NCBI GenBank assembly: GCA_965233585.1 | Contig: CBDDTI010000746.1 | Coordinates: 64,001-128,000 of the forward strand | Direction: 5' to 3' | Source: a bacterium | Lineage (GTDB): Bacteria; SAR324; NAC60-12 | DNA: 64,000 nt | Shown: positions 38,439 through 49,228 of the stretch, in pieces | How positions within the stretch are numbered: the first letter of the stretch is position 1 | Layout of the letters: the number at the start of each line of letters is the position of its first letter | Translations under genes and position numbers: made by a program | The notes under the pieces: generated by a model | Databases searched by the model: none | Told to the model about the DNA's origin: nothing | What the model saw: the letters and a program-made list of their open reading frames with translations, nothing else

Positions 38439-39455
38439 TCAAGGAGTAGGAACAGAGGCAAGGATTTTTTGGAGAATTTGCTCTGATGTGATGCCTTCTG
38501 CCTCTGCAATATAGCTGGTGATGATACGATGCCTTAAAACAGAAGGAGCAATGTCTTTGACGTCTTGGGGGAGAACGAAGCCTCTTTTGTCAAGCAAGGC
38601 TTTGGCTTTGGCACACTTCATTAGGGCAATGCCCGCACGTGGCGAAGCACCAAAGTCCACCATTGGAGCAAGCTCGGCACAACCTGCATCAACAAGGTTT
38701 CTGGTGGCACGTGTGAGGTTAAGGATATATTGAATGAGCTTTGGGTCAATAAAAATGCGTTTAGCTAGGTCTTGGGCTTTGAGCAAAGTGTCATTGGTGA
38801 GCTGTGTTTGCGGAGTGTGATTTTCAAGAGTGCCTTGATCTACCTTTTGGAGCATTTCTAGTTCATCTTGGGCTTTGGGATAGCTCACAATAATTTTGAG
38901 CAAGAATCGGTCAACTTGTGCTTCTGGTAGCTGATAGGCGCCTTCTTGTTCAATGGGATTTTGTGTAGCAAGTGTCAAAAAAGGTTTTTCTAGCAAAAAA
39001 GTTTCTCCGCCAATCGTGACTTGCCTTTCTTGCATGGCTTCTAACAATGCCGCCTGTGCTTTGGCAGGTGCGCGATTGATTTCATCTGCCAGTAATAAAT
39101 TGCAAAAAACAGGACCTTTTTTGATGGTGAATTCGTATGTTGTTGGGTTCAAGATTTGTGAGCCTGTGATGTCAGAGGGGAGCAAATCTGGAGTAAACTG
39201 GATTCTGTGAAAAGAGGTATTTGATGCTTGAGCCAGTGCTTTGATGGCGGTTGTTTTTGCTAAACCGGGCAAGCCCTCCATCAAAATATGTCCATCAGCA
39301 AGCAATGCAACAAGTAGTGCATCAACCATCTCTTTTTGACCAATGATGGAGCGATGGATTTCTTGGTCAAGCTGTTGAAGCCAAATTGCTTGTGATTCAG
39401 CTTCTTTGGTGAGGCTTTCTATTTGTTGAGCAACTGTAAATTGACTTTCTTCCAT
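38439..39455 (-). CDS. MoxR family AAA+ ATPase
   Basis: EGLPGLAKT, RIQFTPDLLPSD, LADEINRAPAK, ATQNPIEQEG, GASPR. Confidence 0.95.
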   Translation of the reverse strand: MEESQFTVAQQIESLTKEAESQAIWLQQLDQEIHRSIIGQKEMVDALLVALLADGHILMEGLPGLAKTTAIKALAQASNTSFHRIQFTPDLLPSDITGSQILNPTTYEFTIKKGPVFCNLLLADEINRAPAKAQAALLEAMQERQVTIGGETFLLEKPFLTLATQNPIEQEGAYQLPEAQVDRFLLKIIVSYPKAQDELEMLQKVDQGTLENHTPQTQLTNDTLLKAQDLAKRIFIDPKLIQYILNLTRATRNLVDAGCAELAPMVDFGASPRAGIALMKCAKAKALLDKRGFVLPQDVKDIAPSVLRHRIITSYIAEAEGITSEQILQKILASVPTP

Positions 39456-39681
39456 TGGCAAATGATTTGAGCAGATGTGATATAAGCTGTCCATTCTATA
39501 CAAAAATTCAAGTTTAGACAAACTATCTCTATTGTATTTCTAAAGAATTGAAGTATAATTTATGGGTTTATCTTTTGCCAATCTGCTATGTCCATTTTGG
39601 GAGATTGACAGAGATTTTGTCGCAAGTTCTTTTTTTAGGGCTTGCATTCCATTAACCACAAATAAATTGAGTAAGGAGATC

Positions 39682-41010
39682 ATGAGTAAAGCATCTGTCA
39701 AACCGATTGCCAATCAAGATTATGAAGTCAAAGACATTAGCCTCGCAGAATGGGGACGCAAAGAGATTACTCTTGCTGAACAAGAAATGCCGGGTTTAAT
39801 GGAGTTAAGAAAAGAGTACCAAGAAAGCAAACCTTTAGCAGGAGCAAGGATTGCAGGTTGTTTGCACATGACCATTCAAACAGCCGTGTTGATTGAAACC
39901 TTGACAGCTCTTGGTGCAGACGTACGTTGGTCATCATGCAACATTTTTTCAACGCAAGACCATGCTGCTGCTGCGATTGCCGCCGCAGGAATCCCTGTTT
40001 TTGCTTGGAAAGGTGAAACAGACGAAGAATATTGGAGTTGCATTAAAAGAACACTGGATTTTGGAGGTGGTCAAGCACTCAATATGATTCTTGATGATGG
40101 GGGTGATTTGACCCAATATGTCCATGAAAAACGACCTGACTTGTTGCCCGGCATTCGTGGAGTGTCTGAAGAAACAACAACGGGCGTGCATCGTCTCTAC
40201 CAAATGGCAAAGTCTGGAGACTTGAAAATTCCTGCAATCAATGTGAATGATTCTGTCACCAAAAGCAAATTTGACAACTTGTATGGCTGTCGTGAGTCTA
40301 TGATTGACGGCTTACGTCGTGCAACAGACATCATGGTTGCTGGTAAAGTTGGGGTTGTTGCTGGCTATGGAGACGTTGGGAAAGGCTCTGCACAGGCATT
40401 GAGAACGTCAGGGGCAAGAGTATTAATCACAGAGATTGACCCGATTTGTGCGTTGCAAGCGGCAATGGAAGGTTTTGAGGTCGTAACAATGGACGAAGCT
40501 GCTCCTATTGGAGACATTTTTGTCACGGCAACAGGTTGTAAAGATGTCATCAATAAGCAACACATGAACGCAATGAAAGACCTTGCTATCGTTTGTAACG
40601 TTGGACATTTTGACGATGAAATTGCCATGGCAGATTTGGAAGCAGACGCATCGTTGGTCAAAGAGGCTATCAAACCCCAAGTAGATCAATACAAATGGTC
40701 AAATGGTAAACGTTTGATTGTTTTGGCAGAGGGACGTTTGGTGAATTTGGGTTGTGCCACAGGACACCCTAGCTTTGTGATGTCAGCAAGTTTTACAAAC
40801 CAAACTTTAGCACAAATTGAGCTTTGGAATACTCCTGAAAACTATGAAAATTGCGAGGTTTATTTGCTCCCTAAAGAGTTAGATGAAAAGGTAGCCAAAC
40901 TACACCTTGCCAAACTTGGAGTCAAACTAGAAACCTTGACCGAAGAGCAATCTGAATACCTTCAAATTCCCGTAGAAGGACCTTATAAACCAGAACTCTA
41001 CCGTTATTGA
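39682..41010 (+). CDS. ahcY: Adenosylhomocysteinase
   Basis: [58 protein letters not shown] before ATG 39682. Confidence 0.99.
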   Translation: MSKASVKPIANQDYEVKDISLAEWGRKEITLAEQEMPGLMELRKEYQESKPLAGARIAGCLHMTIQTAVLIETLTALGADVRWSSCNIFSTQDHAAAAIAAAGIPVFAWKGETDEEYWSCIKRTLDFGGGQALNMILDDGGDLTQYVHEKRPDLLPGIRGVSEETTTGVHRLYQMAKSGDLKIPAINVNDSVTKSKFDNLYGCRESMIDGLRRATDIMVAGKVGVVAGYGDVGKGSAQALRTSGARVLITEIDPICALQAAMEGFEVVTMDEAAPIGDIFVTATGCKDVINKQHMNAMKDLAIVCNVGHFDDEIAMADLEADASLVKEAIKPQVDQYKWSNGKRLIVLAEGRLVNLGCATGHPSFVMSASFTNQTLAQIELWNTPENYENCEVYLLPKELDEKVAKLHLAKLGVKLETLTEEQSEYLQIPVEGPYKPELYRY

Positions 41011-41014
41011 GTCA

Positions 41015-41929
41015 ATGCGATTTGTTTCTGTTGGGGGAAGTGCAAATCGTTTTTTATCGGGCGTGTGGGCTGTCTTGATTTTGGGCAGTTGCACGTCTGT
41101 GATTCCATACCATGAGGCACAGATTGAGCTGACAGACCAAAAAACAGCTCCTTATCCTCCAAAATCTGTTGAGCTTATCAAAAAGCAGGACTTCATTTTT
41201 TTTGAAGCCTTCCCGAACTCTCTCACTTCTAAGCAAGAAGAATTTCTTAAAATTCTTAAAGACCAAATTCTAAAACATGGACATTTACAACAATTACCTG
41301 AATCTCGCATTCAACATGCCAAGCAACAAGTGCTTTCATTGAAAGACGAACAAGCTGTTTTAAAATTTGGGCAACTTCTCAAAACAAGATATGTTGGGAT
41401 TTTTCAATTTACAGACCATCCTGAAACTGACCAAAAGCCAGCAGATGCCTTGATCCAAATTAAAATCTATCAAGTGTCTCCTGAACGTTTAATTTTACAA
41501 ACAGGGGTTTATTTGCAAAAAACGCAAGAAGACAGTTTAAAGGAAGGATTAAAGTTGCGGGTTCAAAAAGCTTTGCCCCAAAGGGGATTCATTCTTGAAA
41601 CCAAAGCGAATAGAACGTGGATTAAAATTTCGTTGGGTAAACAGGACAAAATACGCAACAATCGTCGTTTTAGAATTTATAGAAGAACATTTGATGAATC
41701 TACCAATGAAAAAACGGTCAAAAGTCAACTATCAAGCAAAAAAGAACGAAATGAAAGCCAACAAGCGGTTGTCAAAACAGCGATGACAACCGTCAAGCGT
41801 GAACGATTAAGCGAAGTTGGTCAAGCGGTTGTCAAAATCGTCAAACAAAGACATGCTTTTGCTGTTGTAGAGCAGTCTGATCGTCATAGGATTTTAAGTG
41901 GGGACGTGGTGGTAGCACAACCAGAATGA
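41015..41929 (+). CDS. Hypothetical lipoprotein
   Basis: Lipobox-like LGSC; C-terminal beta domain. Confidence 0.6.
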   Translation: MRFVSVGGSANRFLSGVWAVLILGSCTSVIPYHEAQIELTDQKTAPYPPKSVELIKKQDFIFFEAFPNSLTSKQEEFLKILKDQILKHGHLQQLPESRIQHAKQQVLSLKDEQAVLKFGQLLKTRYVGIFQFTDHPETDQKPADALIQIKIYQVSPERLILQTGVYLQKTQEDSLKEGLKLRVQKALPQRGFILETKANRTWIKISLGKQDKIRNNRRFRIYRRTFDESTNEKTVKSQLSSKKERNESQQAVVKTAMTTVKRERLSEVGQAVVKIVKQRHAFAVVEQSDRHRILSGDVVVAQPE

Positions 41930-42474
41930 ATGTTGATGAACACAAAAAAATTTTAAGAAAATGGGTGAGACAAAAATTACAACCTGTCTCTGAAGAGGTT
42001 GTTTGTCAAACTTATTCAAATTGGGAGCTTTTTTTAAACGCAAAAGTCATTCATTGTTTCATGAATTTACCCCATGAGATGAGTTTAACCCCTTTGATTG
42101 AGCAGTGTCATGTGTTGGGGAAAACTGTTGTCATTCCAAAATTTTCCAGACAGACAACAGAGATAAAATTGGCTGTTTTAGGTAAAGAAGACCAAACGAC
42201 GATAGGAGCTTTTGGAGTGAGACAGCCTGCAACCCATGCAAAAGTCATTCATAAGCAAGAGGTTGATCTTTGGTTTGTTCCCGGTTTGGCATTCAGTCTG
42301 ACGGGGGCAAGGTTGGGTTACGGAAAAGGCTACTATGATCGTTTGTTGTTTGAGGTTGAGCAACCACTGGTAGGAGCTTGCCTTGAAAAGCAGATCATTG
42401 ACTATGTTCCAGCAGATCACTTTGATGTTTCAGTCCATCATCTCATCACTGAAAATTCTTTGATTCATATTTAA
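41926..42474 (+). CDS. 5-formyltetrahydrofolate cyclo-ligase
   Basis: VPGLAFS..G.RLGYGKGYYDR, HFDV...LITE. Confidence 0.93.
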   Translation: MNVDEHKKILRKWVRQKLQPVSEEVVCQTYSNWELFLNAKVIHCFMNLPHEMSLTPLIEQCHVLGKTVVIPKFSRQTTEIKLAVLGKEDQTTIGAFGVRQPATHAKVIHKQEVDLWFVPGLAFSLTGARLGYGKGYYDRLLFEVEQPLVGACLEKQIIDYVPADHFDVSVHHLITENSLIHI

Positions 42475-42481
42475 CACGAAC

Positions 42482-44620
42482 TTGCATACAAAAATGGCAG
42501 GATCAGGAATCTTACCAAATCAATACCAAAAGTTATTAACGCATCCTGTCCAGCAAGATTTACCCATTGGTCACCTTATCAGTCGTGTGATTCAAACCAT
42601 ACCTCCTATCTTTAAACTTTTTAACATTAACCTTGAACGTTACAAAAAATCCCCTGTTTTAAATAAAGCATTAGAAGGTCGTCAACATGTTGAGCAAATT
42701 CAAATACTCCAAAATTTCTTTCCGTCTTTTCTCTTCGTATTCTGTTCTCAACTGAAATCACAAGCAGAGCTGTCTTCGTTTGCCAATGAACTCCAAATTT
42801 GTGGTCTTATCAACCTTTTAAGTCGTGTAGAGTTTTCTGATGTCTTTTTGAAGCAATTTTTGCAAAATCTTGGAGAAGATGTAGAAATTTATGACCAGCA
42901 ATCTCAGTCAAGCAAAGCAGTCTCTAATCCTAGTTTAATTCTCAACAGGGATTTGTTTCTGATTGGACGTTCTATCATGTGGAATGGTAGGACTTTGACA
43001 GAACAACTAGAAAGCCATTATTTAATGAGAGCGGTCACAGATTTTTTTATACGATACTATTTTGAGTTGTTGGTGCTTGCCCCTGACAATATCTCTCCCA
43101 CAATCTATGACATTTTTGAAAACTTTTTGACTGTCCTTCAGTTTCAAGAAAATTTGTATTTGAAGCGGCATCTCCAATTTAAGCAGAGCATCAATAAAAT
43201 TCCTATACTGGTGCGCAACGAATATACTTGTCCAAACCACTATCTTTTAAACAAAGGGGCATTTGACCAAATCTATTCTGTGATTCCCATGTTGCATAAA
43301 TTGAAAAGTGCAGACTTGGTAGCAACCAAGAGGGTCATTGATGCTCAACTTGTTGAATTGTGGAATTTGTCAACTGCGAAAACTTTGCTTTTTCTGCGTG
43401 CAGTGCGGTCGGTTTATCCTGTGCAAAGTGTGGAACAAGTGGTGTCATTCATTGGAGCAAAACAACCGCAAAAGTTAAAAGACCTTTTGCAATATATGGC
43501 AGAACCCGAACAGCTTCATTCTTGCGACTATTTGGTGCCTGCTGTCCAAAAATTTTCTCAAAAGTTTCTCCAATCTTTGAAAGCCTCCAGCCCTAAAGCA
43601 CGTCCTCCGTCTCCCAATCGTTCACCAAATGCTGCTGCTTTAAAACAGGCTTTTCTCAAGGCAATGAATCAGCTCAAACAACAATCACGACAGATTAACC
43701 AAGATGCTCGGAAGTCTTTGATTAATTTTGCAAGTGCCTTCCAAAAACATTCAAGCCCCAATCCTATGAATTTGCAGCAGTCTGAAGAAATCACTCATCT
43801 TGCACTCACAGGCATCAATCACTTGAACTACACCCACGAAGCAGACTTGACCAGTTACGCAGAAGCTATCAAAACTGCAACAGCTCATTTAGAACAATGC
43901 AACTTCCAGCAACGTATTGAACGTATGACTTGCGTGAGCAATATTCTGGCTCTTTCAGCAGAGTTAGACCTTTTAAGAAAACAAGCGGAGGAGGAGGCGA
44001 CAACTTACCAAGGTGCGATGGAGCAAATGGTGGCATTACCAAATGGTCAGGAAGGCAGTCAAATTCCCTTAAAAAAAGTGTTATCCTTACCTGTGAGCCA
44101 TCAAGATAAATTAAACTTGATACAAAAATTGATGGGGGAAAAACTCCCTCAACACACTTTAAACGTCATTCAGGAAGTCTATCAACGTTGCTCCAGAGAT
44201 GCCGTTAGGAATGTACAACTTTATAAAAATGGAAAGTTGGATATGCCAACCTTGAATGAACTCCTTTTGCCACAAAAGCGAGAAAACCAGATCGCTGAAA
44301 AGGAGTTAGTAGCCATTCCAGAAATACATAAACCGTTGATGGCAGTGATAGATTTTTTTGAGCTTCCGCTTGGTCCAAAAGAAGGACTTTCACCAGACAA
44401 GCCTTTTGAACAACACTTCTTTTACTTGGATTATTTGGTCAAAAGAAACGAACTTTCTGAAAAAGATCAAGATGAAATTGTTGCAGCTGCTGTTCATTTT
44501 TCTGTCATTGCCTATACAAAATATTATGACATCGCTCCTAGTGGGCGCTTTGATGAACTTACCTTATTAGCCGCTTATAATCTGTGGCAGTCCAATGGAT
44601 TAAAAAATTTGAGACAATAG
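42482..44620 (+). CDS. Large hypothetical protein
   Basis: 712-aa ORF, no recognised motif. Confidence 0.65.
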   Translation: MHTKMAGSGILPNQYQKLLTHPVQQDLPIGHLISRVIQTIPPIFKLFNINLERYKKSPVLNKALEGRQHVEQIQILQNFFPSFLFVFCSQLKSQAELSSFANELQICGLINLLSRVEFSDVFLKQFLQNLGEDVEIYDQQSQSSKAVSNPSLILNRDLFLIGRSIMWNGRTLTEQLESHYLMRAVTDFFIRYYFELLVLAPDNISPTIYDIFENFLTVLQFQENLYLKRHLQFKQSINKIPILVRNEYTCPNHYLLNKGAFDQIYSVIPMLHKLKSADLVATKRVIDAQLVELWNLSTAKTLLFLRAVRSVYPVQSVEQVVSFIGAKQPQKLKDLLQYMAEPEQLHSCDYLVPAVQKFSQKFLQSLKASSPKARPPSPNRSPNAAALKQAFLKAMNQLKQQSRQINQDARKSLINFASAFQKHSSPNPMNLQQSEEITHLALTGINHLNYTHEADLTSYAEAIKTATAHLEQCNFQQRIERMTCVSNILALSAELDLLRKQAEEEATTYQGAMEQMVALPNGQEGSQIPLKKVLSLPVSHQDKLNLIQKLMGEKLPQHTLNVIQEVYQRCSRDAVRNVQLYKNGKLDMPTLNELLLPQKRENQIAEKELVAIPEIHKPLMAVIDFFELPLGPKEGLSPDKPFEQHFFYLDYLVKRNELSEKDQDEIVAAAVHFSVIAYTKYYDIAPSGRFDELTLLAAYNLWQSNGLKNLRQ

Positions 44621-44669
44621 TCTTGTCTTTTGTGCTAAATTGAAGAGATAATAATGGAATTTTCAGAGA

Positions 44670-44990
44670 ATGACCTTGAATACTAAAAAAATGCTGGAAG
44701 GCATTGAGTTTCTAGCACCCTCACCTCAGCAATCTTTAGGAGAAGATCAGTTTGTTTACGTGTGTCAGCAGTATGTTGAAAATGTGGAGCAAAGACTTGC
44801 AGGGATGGAGCTTTCAGAAAAATATCGTACAAGGTCTAATGTTGCGATTTATAGCTTGAAGTTTGCCATCAATGAGATGAAAAAGCTGAACACAGAGCAG
44901 TCTCTTTCTTACAGCTTTGCAATTTTTAATGCTTTGGTTTCTCTCAATGAGGTCTTGCTCAGTGCGATTGAGAAGAAGGAGACGAACTAG
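44670..44990 (+). CDS. Hypothetical protein
   Basis: 106-aa ORF in intergenic space. Confidence 0.55.
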   Translation: MTLNTKKMLEGIEFLAPSPQQSLGEDQFVYVCQQYVENVEQRLAGMELSEKYRTRSNVAIYSLKFAINEMKKLNTEQSLSYSFAIFNALVSLNEVLLSAIEKKETN

Positions 44991-45196
44991 CGATGTTTTT
45001 TGACACGTTCATCAACCAATGGCTCAAACACTTTCCAGATCTCAGCTCCCAAGTCTGTTAGCTGAAACCCCCGACCTCGGCATTCGTAACATGCTGATTT
45101 TGCATTGATTTGAATAGAGGCATGCTGTTTGAAGCCATGCTTTTGACCCGTTCCCTGGCACACATGGCACGTTTGTTTAATGTCAGTAATCAACAT
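44987..45196 (-). CDS. Small CxxCxGxG zinc-finger protein (anti-TRAP/DnaJ-CRD-like)
   Basis: CHVCQGTG...CYECRGRGFQLTDLGAEI. Confidence 0.7.
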   Translation of the reverse strand: MLITDIKQTCHVCQGTGQKHGFKQHASIQINAKSACYECRGRGFQLTDLGAEIWKVFEPLVDERVKKHR

Positions 45197-45216
45197 TTTT
45201 TGAGAGTAGCAACATT

Positions 45217-45588
45217 ATGTTTGGTATAGGAATCCCTGAACTTATCATTATTGGAGTGATTGCATTGGTTTTCATTGGACCAAATGAACTGCCTAAGGTT
45301 TTGCGGACGTTGGGTAAAGGATTGGCAGACTTTAAACGTGCATCTAATCAATTCAAGCATGCCGCACAGAAAGAGTTAGACCAAATCACACAAGACCCTA
45401 CTTTTGATGAAGTGAAGGAAACATTGAATGAAACTGGGTCAGTTGCTACAAAATTCTCACACCTCAAAGATTGGAAAGACTCCCCCGAAGATACTTTCAA
45501 TACCCTAGCCGATTCACTAGAACCCCAAACACAAGAACAGACTGAAGCTCAAAAAGACTCACAAATGACAGAAAAACAGTCTGTTTAG
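45217..45588 (+). CDS. tatB: Twin-arginine translocase TatA/TatB family subunit
   Basis: MFGIGIPELIIIGVIALVFIGP.ELP..LRTLGKG...FKRA. Confidence 0.85.
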   Translation: MFGIGIPELIIIGVIALVFIGPNELPKVLRTLGKGLADFKRASNQFKHAAQKELDQITQDPTFDEVKETLNETGSVATKFSHLKDWKDSPEDTFNTLADSLEPQTQEQTEAQKDSQMTEKQSV

Positions 45589-46208
45589 ATGGGTTCGTCC
45601 AACAACGTTTTGACAGCATCAAGCATCACTTCAGGTTGGATGGGTTTATACAAGATTCGGTTTGCCCCAAACTCTGCAGCACTTTCTAAATAAGACACCC
45701 CCAAAGTCTGAGTTTCTGCCGAAATGGCTATGATTTTGGCATGAGGAAAGTCTTCTTTGATTTTTAAGACCACTGCTGTTCCTGCCTGTTGACCGTTTGG
45801 GAAGAGCATGTCTGTAATGACTAAATCGTGAGGTGCTTGATAAAATTTTGTGATCCCCTCATCTACAGTTCCAGCAACGTCCACATCGTAGCCTGCGTTT
45901 TCTAAATTTTGTTGCAATAAAAATCTGTAATCTACTTGATCTTCAATCACAAGGATTCGTTTTGGTTTCATGATTTTACCTTTTGAAAAATAGGAACGAA
46001 GAGCCATTTGCACAGACAAATAGCCTGTCAAAATGCCATCTTCATAGTTAAAAACAGCATCATCAAACAAAGCAGGGAAATCTTGAGGATTACGAATGTC
46101 TTCGTGTGTCACATTCGGCAAAATAGAATTGGCAACATTCAGTACTTTTTGTTGTTGCTTCTGAATCATACTTTGCAAAAGTTCCTCTATTTGTGCTGCT
46201 TGTATCAT
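45585..46208 (-). CDS. Response regulator receiver domain fused to an N-terminal ~80-aa unknown domain
   Basis: RILVIEDQ, DLVITDMLFP, IIAISA, YKP; internal Met at 45971. Confidence 0.8.
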   Translation of the reverse strand: MIQAAQIEELLQSMIQKQQQKVLNVANSILPNVTHEDIRNPQDFPALFDDAVFNYEDGILTGYLSVQMALRSYFSKGKIMKPKRILVIEDQVDYRFLLQQNLENAGYDVDVAGTVDEGITKFYQAPHDLVITDMLFPNGQQAGTAVVLKIKEDFPHAKIIAISAETQTLGVSYLESAAEFGANRILYKPIQPEVMLDAVKTLLDEPI

Positions 46209-46954
46209 TTTTTCTTATTCTCAAGTTGAACTTTCATCAATGCACGTAGTTTGAGAATCGTTTTAGAACGTATTTGAGAGACGCGAGATTCTGACACCCC
46301 AAGCACTGCACCAACTTCTTTCAAATTCATCTCCTCCATGTAATAAAGTGAAAGGATCAATTGTTCTTGCTCTGTGAGCTTTTTGATGGCATCTGACAAA
46401 ATAGCACGTGCTTGATTGAGTTCTGCCAGTTCAAAAGGGTCTTCACATTTGGGGTCAGCAATGACTTCAAGAATATCGGTAGTTTCTCCTTCGTCATTTG
46501 TTGAACCGCCTAAATCTTCAAAAGAAAGCAAAGTCAATGGTTTGGTTTTATCAACAAACTCCTGATACTCTTTGGTGGACATTTCCAACTCCCTAGCCAT
46601 CTCTGAATCTGTGGGGTCTCTTTGAAATTGGTTACACAACTTGGTAAATGCCTTTTCCAAACGATGCCCTGCACTCCTGACAGAACGTGGCGCCCAATCC
46701 ATTGAACGTAGTTCATCAAGAATCGCACCTTTGATACGAAACTCTGCATAAGTAGAGAGTTTCACATCGCGAGAAGCGTCAAACTTATCTAGTGCATCAA
46801 TCAGACCAATTGTGCCTGCTTGATACAATTCATCTTCTTCAATGTGAGAAGGTAACCTTGCACGCATGCGTCTGACAACACGTTTGATTAAGTAGGCATT
46901 TTCCAGAATCAAGGCTTCTCTTGTTTTTTGTTGTGTATAAGGATTCGGTTTCAT
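46205..46954 (-). CDS. fliA: Flagellar sigma factor FliA (sigma-28)
   Basis: GLIDA..KFD, TYAEFRIKGAILDELR..DWAPRSVR, LGVSESRVSQI. Confidence 0.96.
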   Translation of the reverse strand: MKPNPYTQQKTREALILENAYLIKRVVRRMRARLPSHIEEDELYQAGTIGLIDALDKFDASRDVKLSTYAEFRIKGAILDELRSMDWAPRSVRSAGHRLEKAFTKLCNQFQRDPTDSEMARELEMSTKEYQEFVDKTKPLTLLSFEDLGGSTNDEGETTDILEVIADPKCEDPFELAELNQARAILSDAIKKLTEQEQLILSLYYMEEMNLKEVGAVLGVSESRVSQIRSKTILKLRALMKVQLENKKK

Positions 46955-46973
46955 TGGCTTGTTCCATGTAATG

Positions 46974-47846
46974 CTAGCGACGTCGTTTCCATAAGCTCAA
47001 CCTCTCCCAAAAAGAAAGTGGTTGTTGATTAATCATCTCGCTTGATTGCCAAAAAGTCGGTGTGTCAACATGACGTGCCAGAGTATGGAAACAAACGCTT
47101 GCGGCTGCTTTGGGAAACACTTCAAGCAGTGGACGTTGCTGTCTGACTGCTCTGGTGAAATGGGTATCTTTTAAGATAAATCCCAAATAGGTCAAATTGG
47201 CATTTAAAAAATCGTATGCCACTTTATTCAGTCTTTCAAAAACAAGTCCTCCTTCTTGTTGAGAGCTAACTTGATTTGCTAGAATGTTAAAATTTTTGAG
47301 GCTGTATTTTTCGGACAAAATCTTCATCAATGAGTAGGCATCAGTCATGGATGTTGGCTCTGGTGTGGCAACAATCAAGACTTTATCGGCAGAAGTGTTA
47401 AATCGTAACACACTGGAGGCAATGCCTGCACCAGTGTCAATTAAAAGATAGTCCATAGGCATTTGGATTTCTGAGAGTTTTTGTAAAAGCCTCTGTTGTT
47501 CGTGGGGTGGAAGCTCTGCCATTTCTCCAACACCCGAACTTGCTGGCAGAATAGACACTTGACAAGGTCCTTCTACCACAACATCGTCCATGGTTTTACT
47601 CCCAGCAAGCACATCATCAATGGTATAAGGTGGAGATAAATTAAGTAAAACATCAATGTTGGCAAGCCCAAAATCTGCATCTAAAATAAAAACTTTTCTA
47701 CCACGATTGGCTAAGGCACATGCAAGATTGATTGTCACATTTGTCTTGCCAACTCCTCCTTTACCGCTGGTGACACTAATGATTTTGGCACGGGAGACAG
47801 GCATCGTTGTATTCATTTGCCTCAATTTAGCCGCCTGATCGTTCAT
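46974..47846 (-). CDS. flhG: Flagellar number regulator FlhG (MinD-like)
   Basis: DQAAKLR, TSGKGGVGKT, DADFGLAN, PEPTSMTDAY. Confidence 0.95.
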   Translation of the reverse strand: MNDQAAKLRQMNTTMPVSRAKIISVTSGKGGVGKTNVTINLACALANRGRKVFILDADFGLANIDVLLNLSPPYTIDDVLAGSKTMDDVVVEGPCQVSILPASSGVGEMAELPPHEQQRLLQKLSEIQMPMDYLLIDTGAGIASSVLRFNTSADKVLIVATPEPTSMTDAYSLMKILSEKYSLKNFNILANQVSSQQEGGLVFERLNKVAYDFLNANLTYLGFILKDTHFTRAVRQQRPLLEVFPKAAASVCFHTLARHVDTPTFWQSSEMINQQPLSFWERLSLWKRRR

Positions 47847-47974
47847 AATTCAACTTAAATAGTGTCTATTTGTTTTTGAACGACCCGTCTTTCTATAACT
47901 TTCATGTTCAGATTTTCAAACAAGATGTTTTGCAAGATACTTTAAGCGATGAGCAGTAGTTAGCTTTGTCAACC

Positions 47975-49225
47975 TTATGCACTACCTGAAATGTTAAGTA
48001 ATAGATCAACAAGTCTCTCTTTTGAAGCAGGTTCAATGTCATCTGGAACTTGTTGACCTGTTGTTAAAAAAGCAACAGGTTTTTTAAAGCGAATGGCATG
48101 ATTGAAAATACAGCCACAAGTTGTGCTTTCATCAAGTTTTGTAAAAATCACGCCTTCAATAGGAATTTCACCAAAACGTCTTGTGATTTCGCTCATTTCA
48201 GCATCTTTGGTTGTGGTACTCAGTGTCAAATAATTTTCAAATCTGGGGTCGTCAATCATAGCATGAAGTTCAGTCATTTGTTCAAAGTCACGCTGTGAAC
48301 GTCCTCCTGTGTCAATCAAAATGACGTCAAGGTCAACAGACCTTGAGATGACTTGTTCCAGTTCCTGTTTGTTTGCCACAACATCAAAAGGAATTTGCAT
48401 AATTTTAGCGTAAGAACGTAGATGTTCTATGGCTCCCACTCTGTATGTGTCCAGTGTCACAAGACCAACACTTCGTCCATATTTCATTTTTTGTTCTGAT
48501 GCCATTTTGGCAAGTGTGGTCGTTTTGCCAACACCTGTTGGACCAATGAGTGCAATCACCCGCTGTTTGTGCCCTTCTTTCTCAATGCCGTTGGTGGTCT
48601 TGACAATTTTCATAGCCATTCTTGCAATAAAAATTTTGACATAAAGAAAGTTTTCCAGTTCTTCTGGTGGGATATTTTTTTGTGCTTCTGCAACCAGCCT
48701 TTTGGCAAACTTTTCTTCAAGACCTGCAAACACCATTTGTTGATACAATGCCAACAAATTTTCATGTAAATTGGAATCCCGCATTTGTGCATTTTCTGCA
48801 GCAAAAGAATGAATCAATCGCTTGACTTCGCTCAGCTCTTGTTGCAAATGTCCAATCGTTTTTTTCTCTACGGATGGCTTTTGTTGCATGGATTGAATCA
48901 TGCTTTTGAGTTCTTGAATTTCTTCTTGAATGGGTGCTAAGACTTGCTTGGTTTCTAGCGCAGTGACTTTCGCAGCGATTGGTGCAGGAATGGGGGACAC
49001 AGCAGGTTTGATAGGTTCAGGCATTGGTTTTTTTAGAGGAGGTGGAGCAGGTTTAGCATCTTTTGCGGCAGTGACTTCTAGCATCGTTTTGCCAAAAAGT
49101 CCAAATTTCCCTGACGATTCCTTCACTTGTCTTGTAGAGACAATCACAGCATCAGGACCCAAATCTTTTTTGATCTGCTGAAGGGCTTCTTGAATCGTAT
49201 TGACACGATAACGTTTTAAATTCAT
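47975..49225 (-). CDS. flhF: Flagellar SRP-family GTPase FlhF
   Basis: GPTGVGKTTTLAK, DTYRVGA, IDTGGR, TKLDE, TTGQQVPDD. Confidence 0.96.
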   Translation of the reverse strand: MNLKRYRVNTIQEALQQIKKDLGPDAVIVSTRQVKESSGKFGLFGKTMLEVTAAKDAKPAPPPLKKPMPEPIKPAVSPIPAPIAAKVTALETKQVLAPIQEEIQELKSMIQSMQQKPSVEKKTIGHLQQELSEVKRLIHSFAAENAQMRDSNLHENLLALYQQMVFAGLEEKFAKRLVAEAQKNIPPEELENFLYVKIFIARMAMKIVKTTNGIEKEGHKQRVIALIGPTGVGKTTTLAKMASEQKMKYGRSVGLVTLDTYRVGAIEHLRSYAKIMQIPFDVVANKQELEQVISRSVDLDVILIDTGGRSQRDFEQMTELHAMIDDPRFENYLTLSTTTKDAEMSEITRRFGEIPIEGVIFTKLDESTTCGCIFNHAIRFKKPVAFLTTGQQVPDDIEPASKERLVDLLLNISGSA

Positions 49226-49228
49226 CTC

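Noticed and set aside
39562..39681. N-terminal extensions of ahcY (and of moxR and the FN3 protein)
   Set aside because: Downstream ATGs fit better, with clear RBSs for ahcY and the FN3 gene
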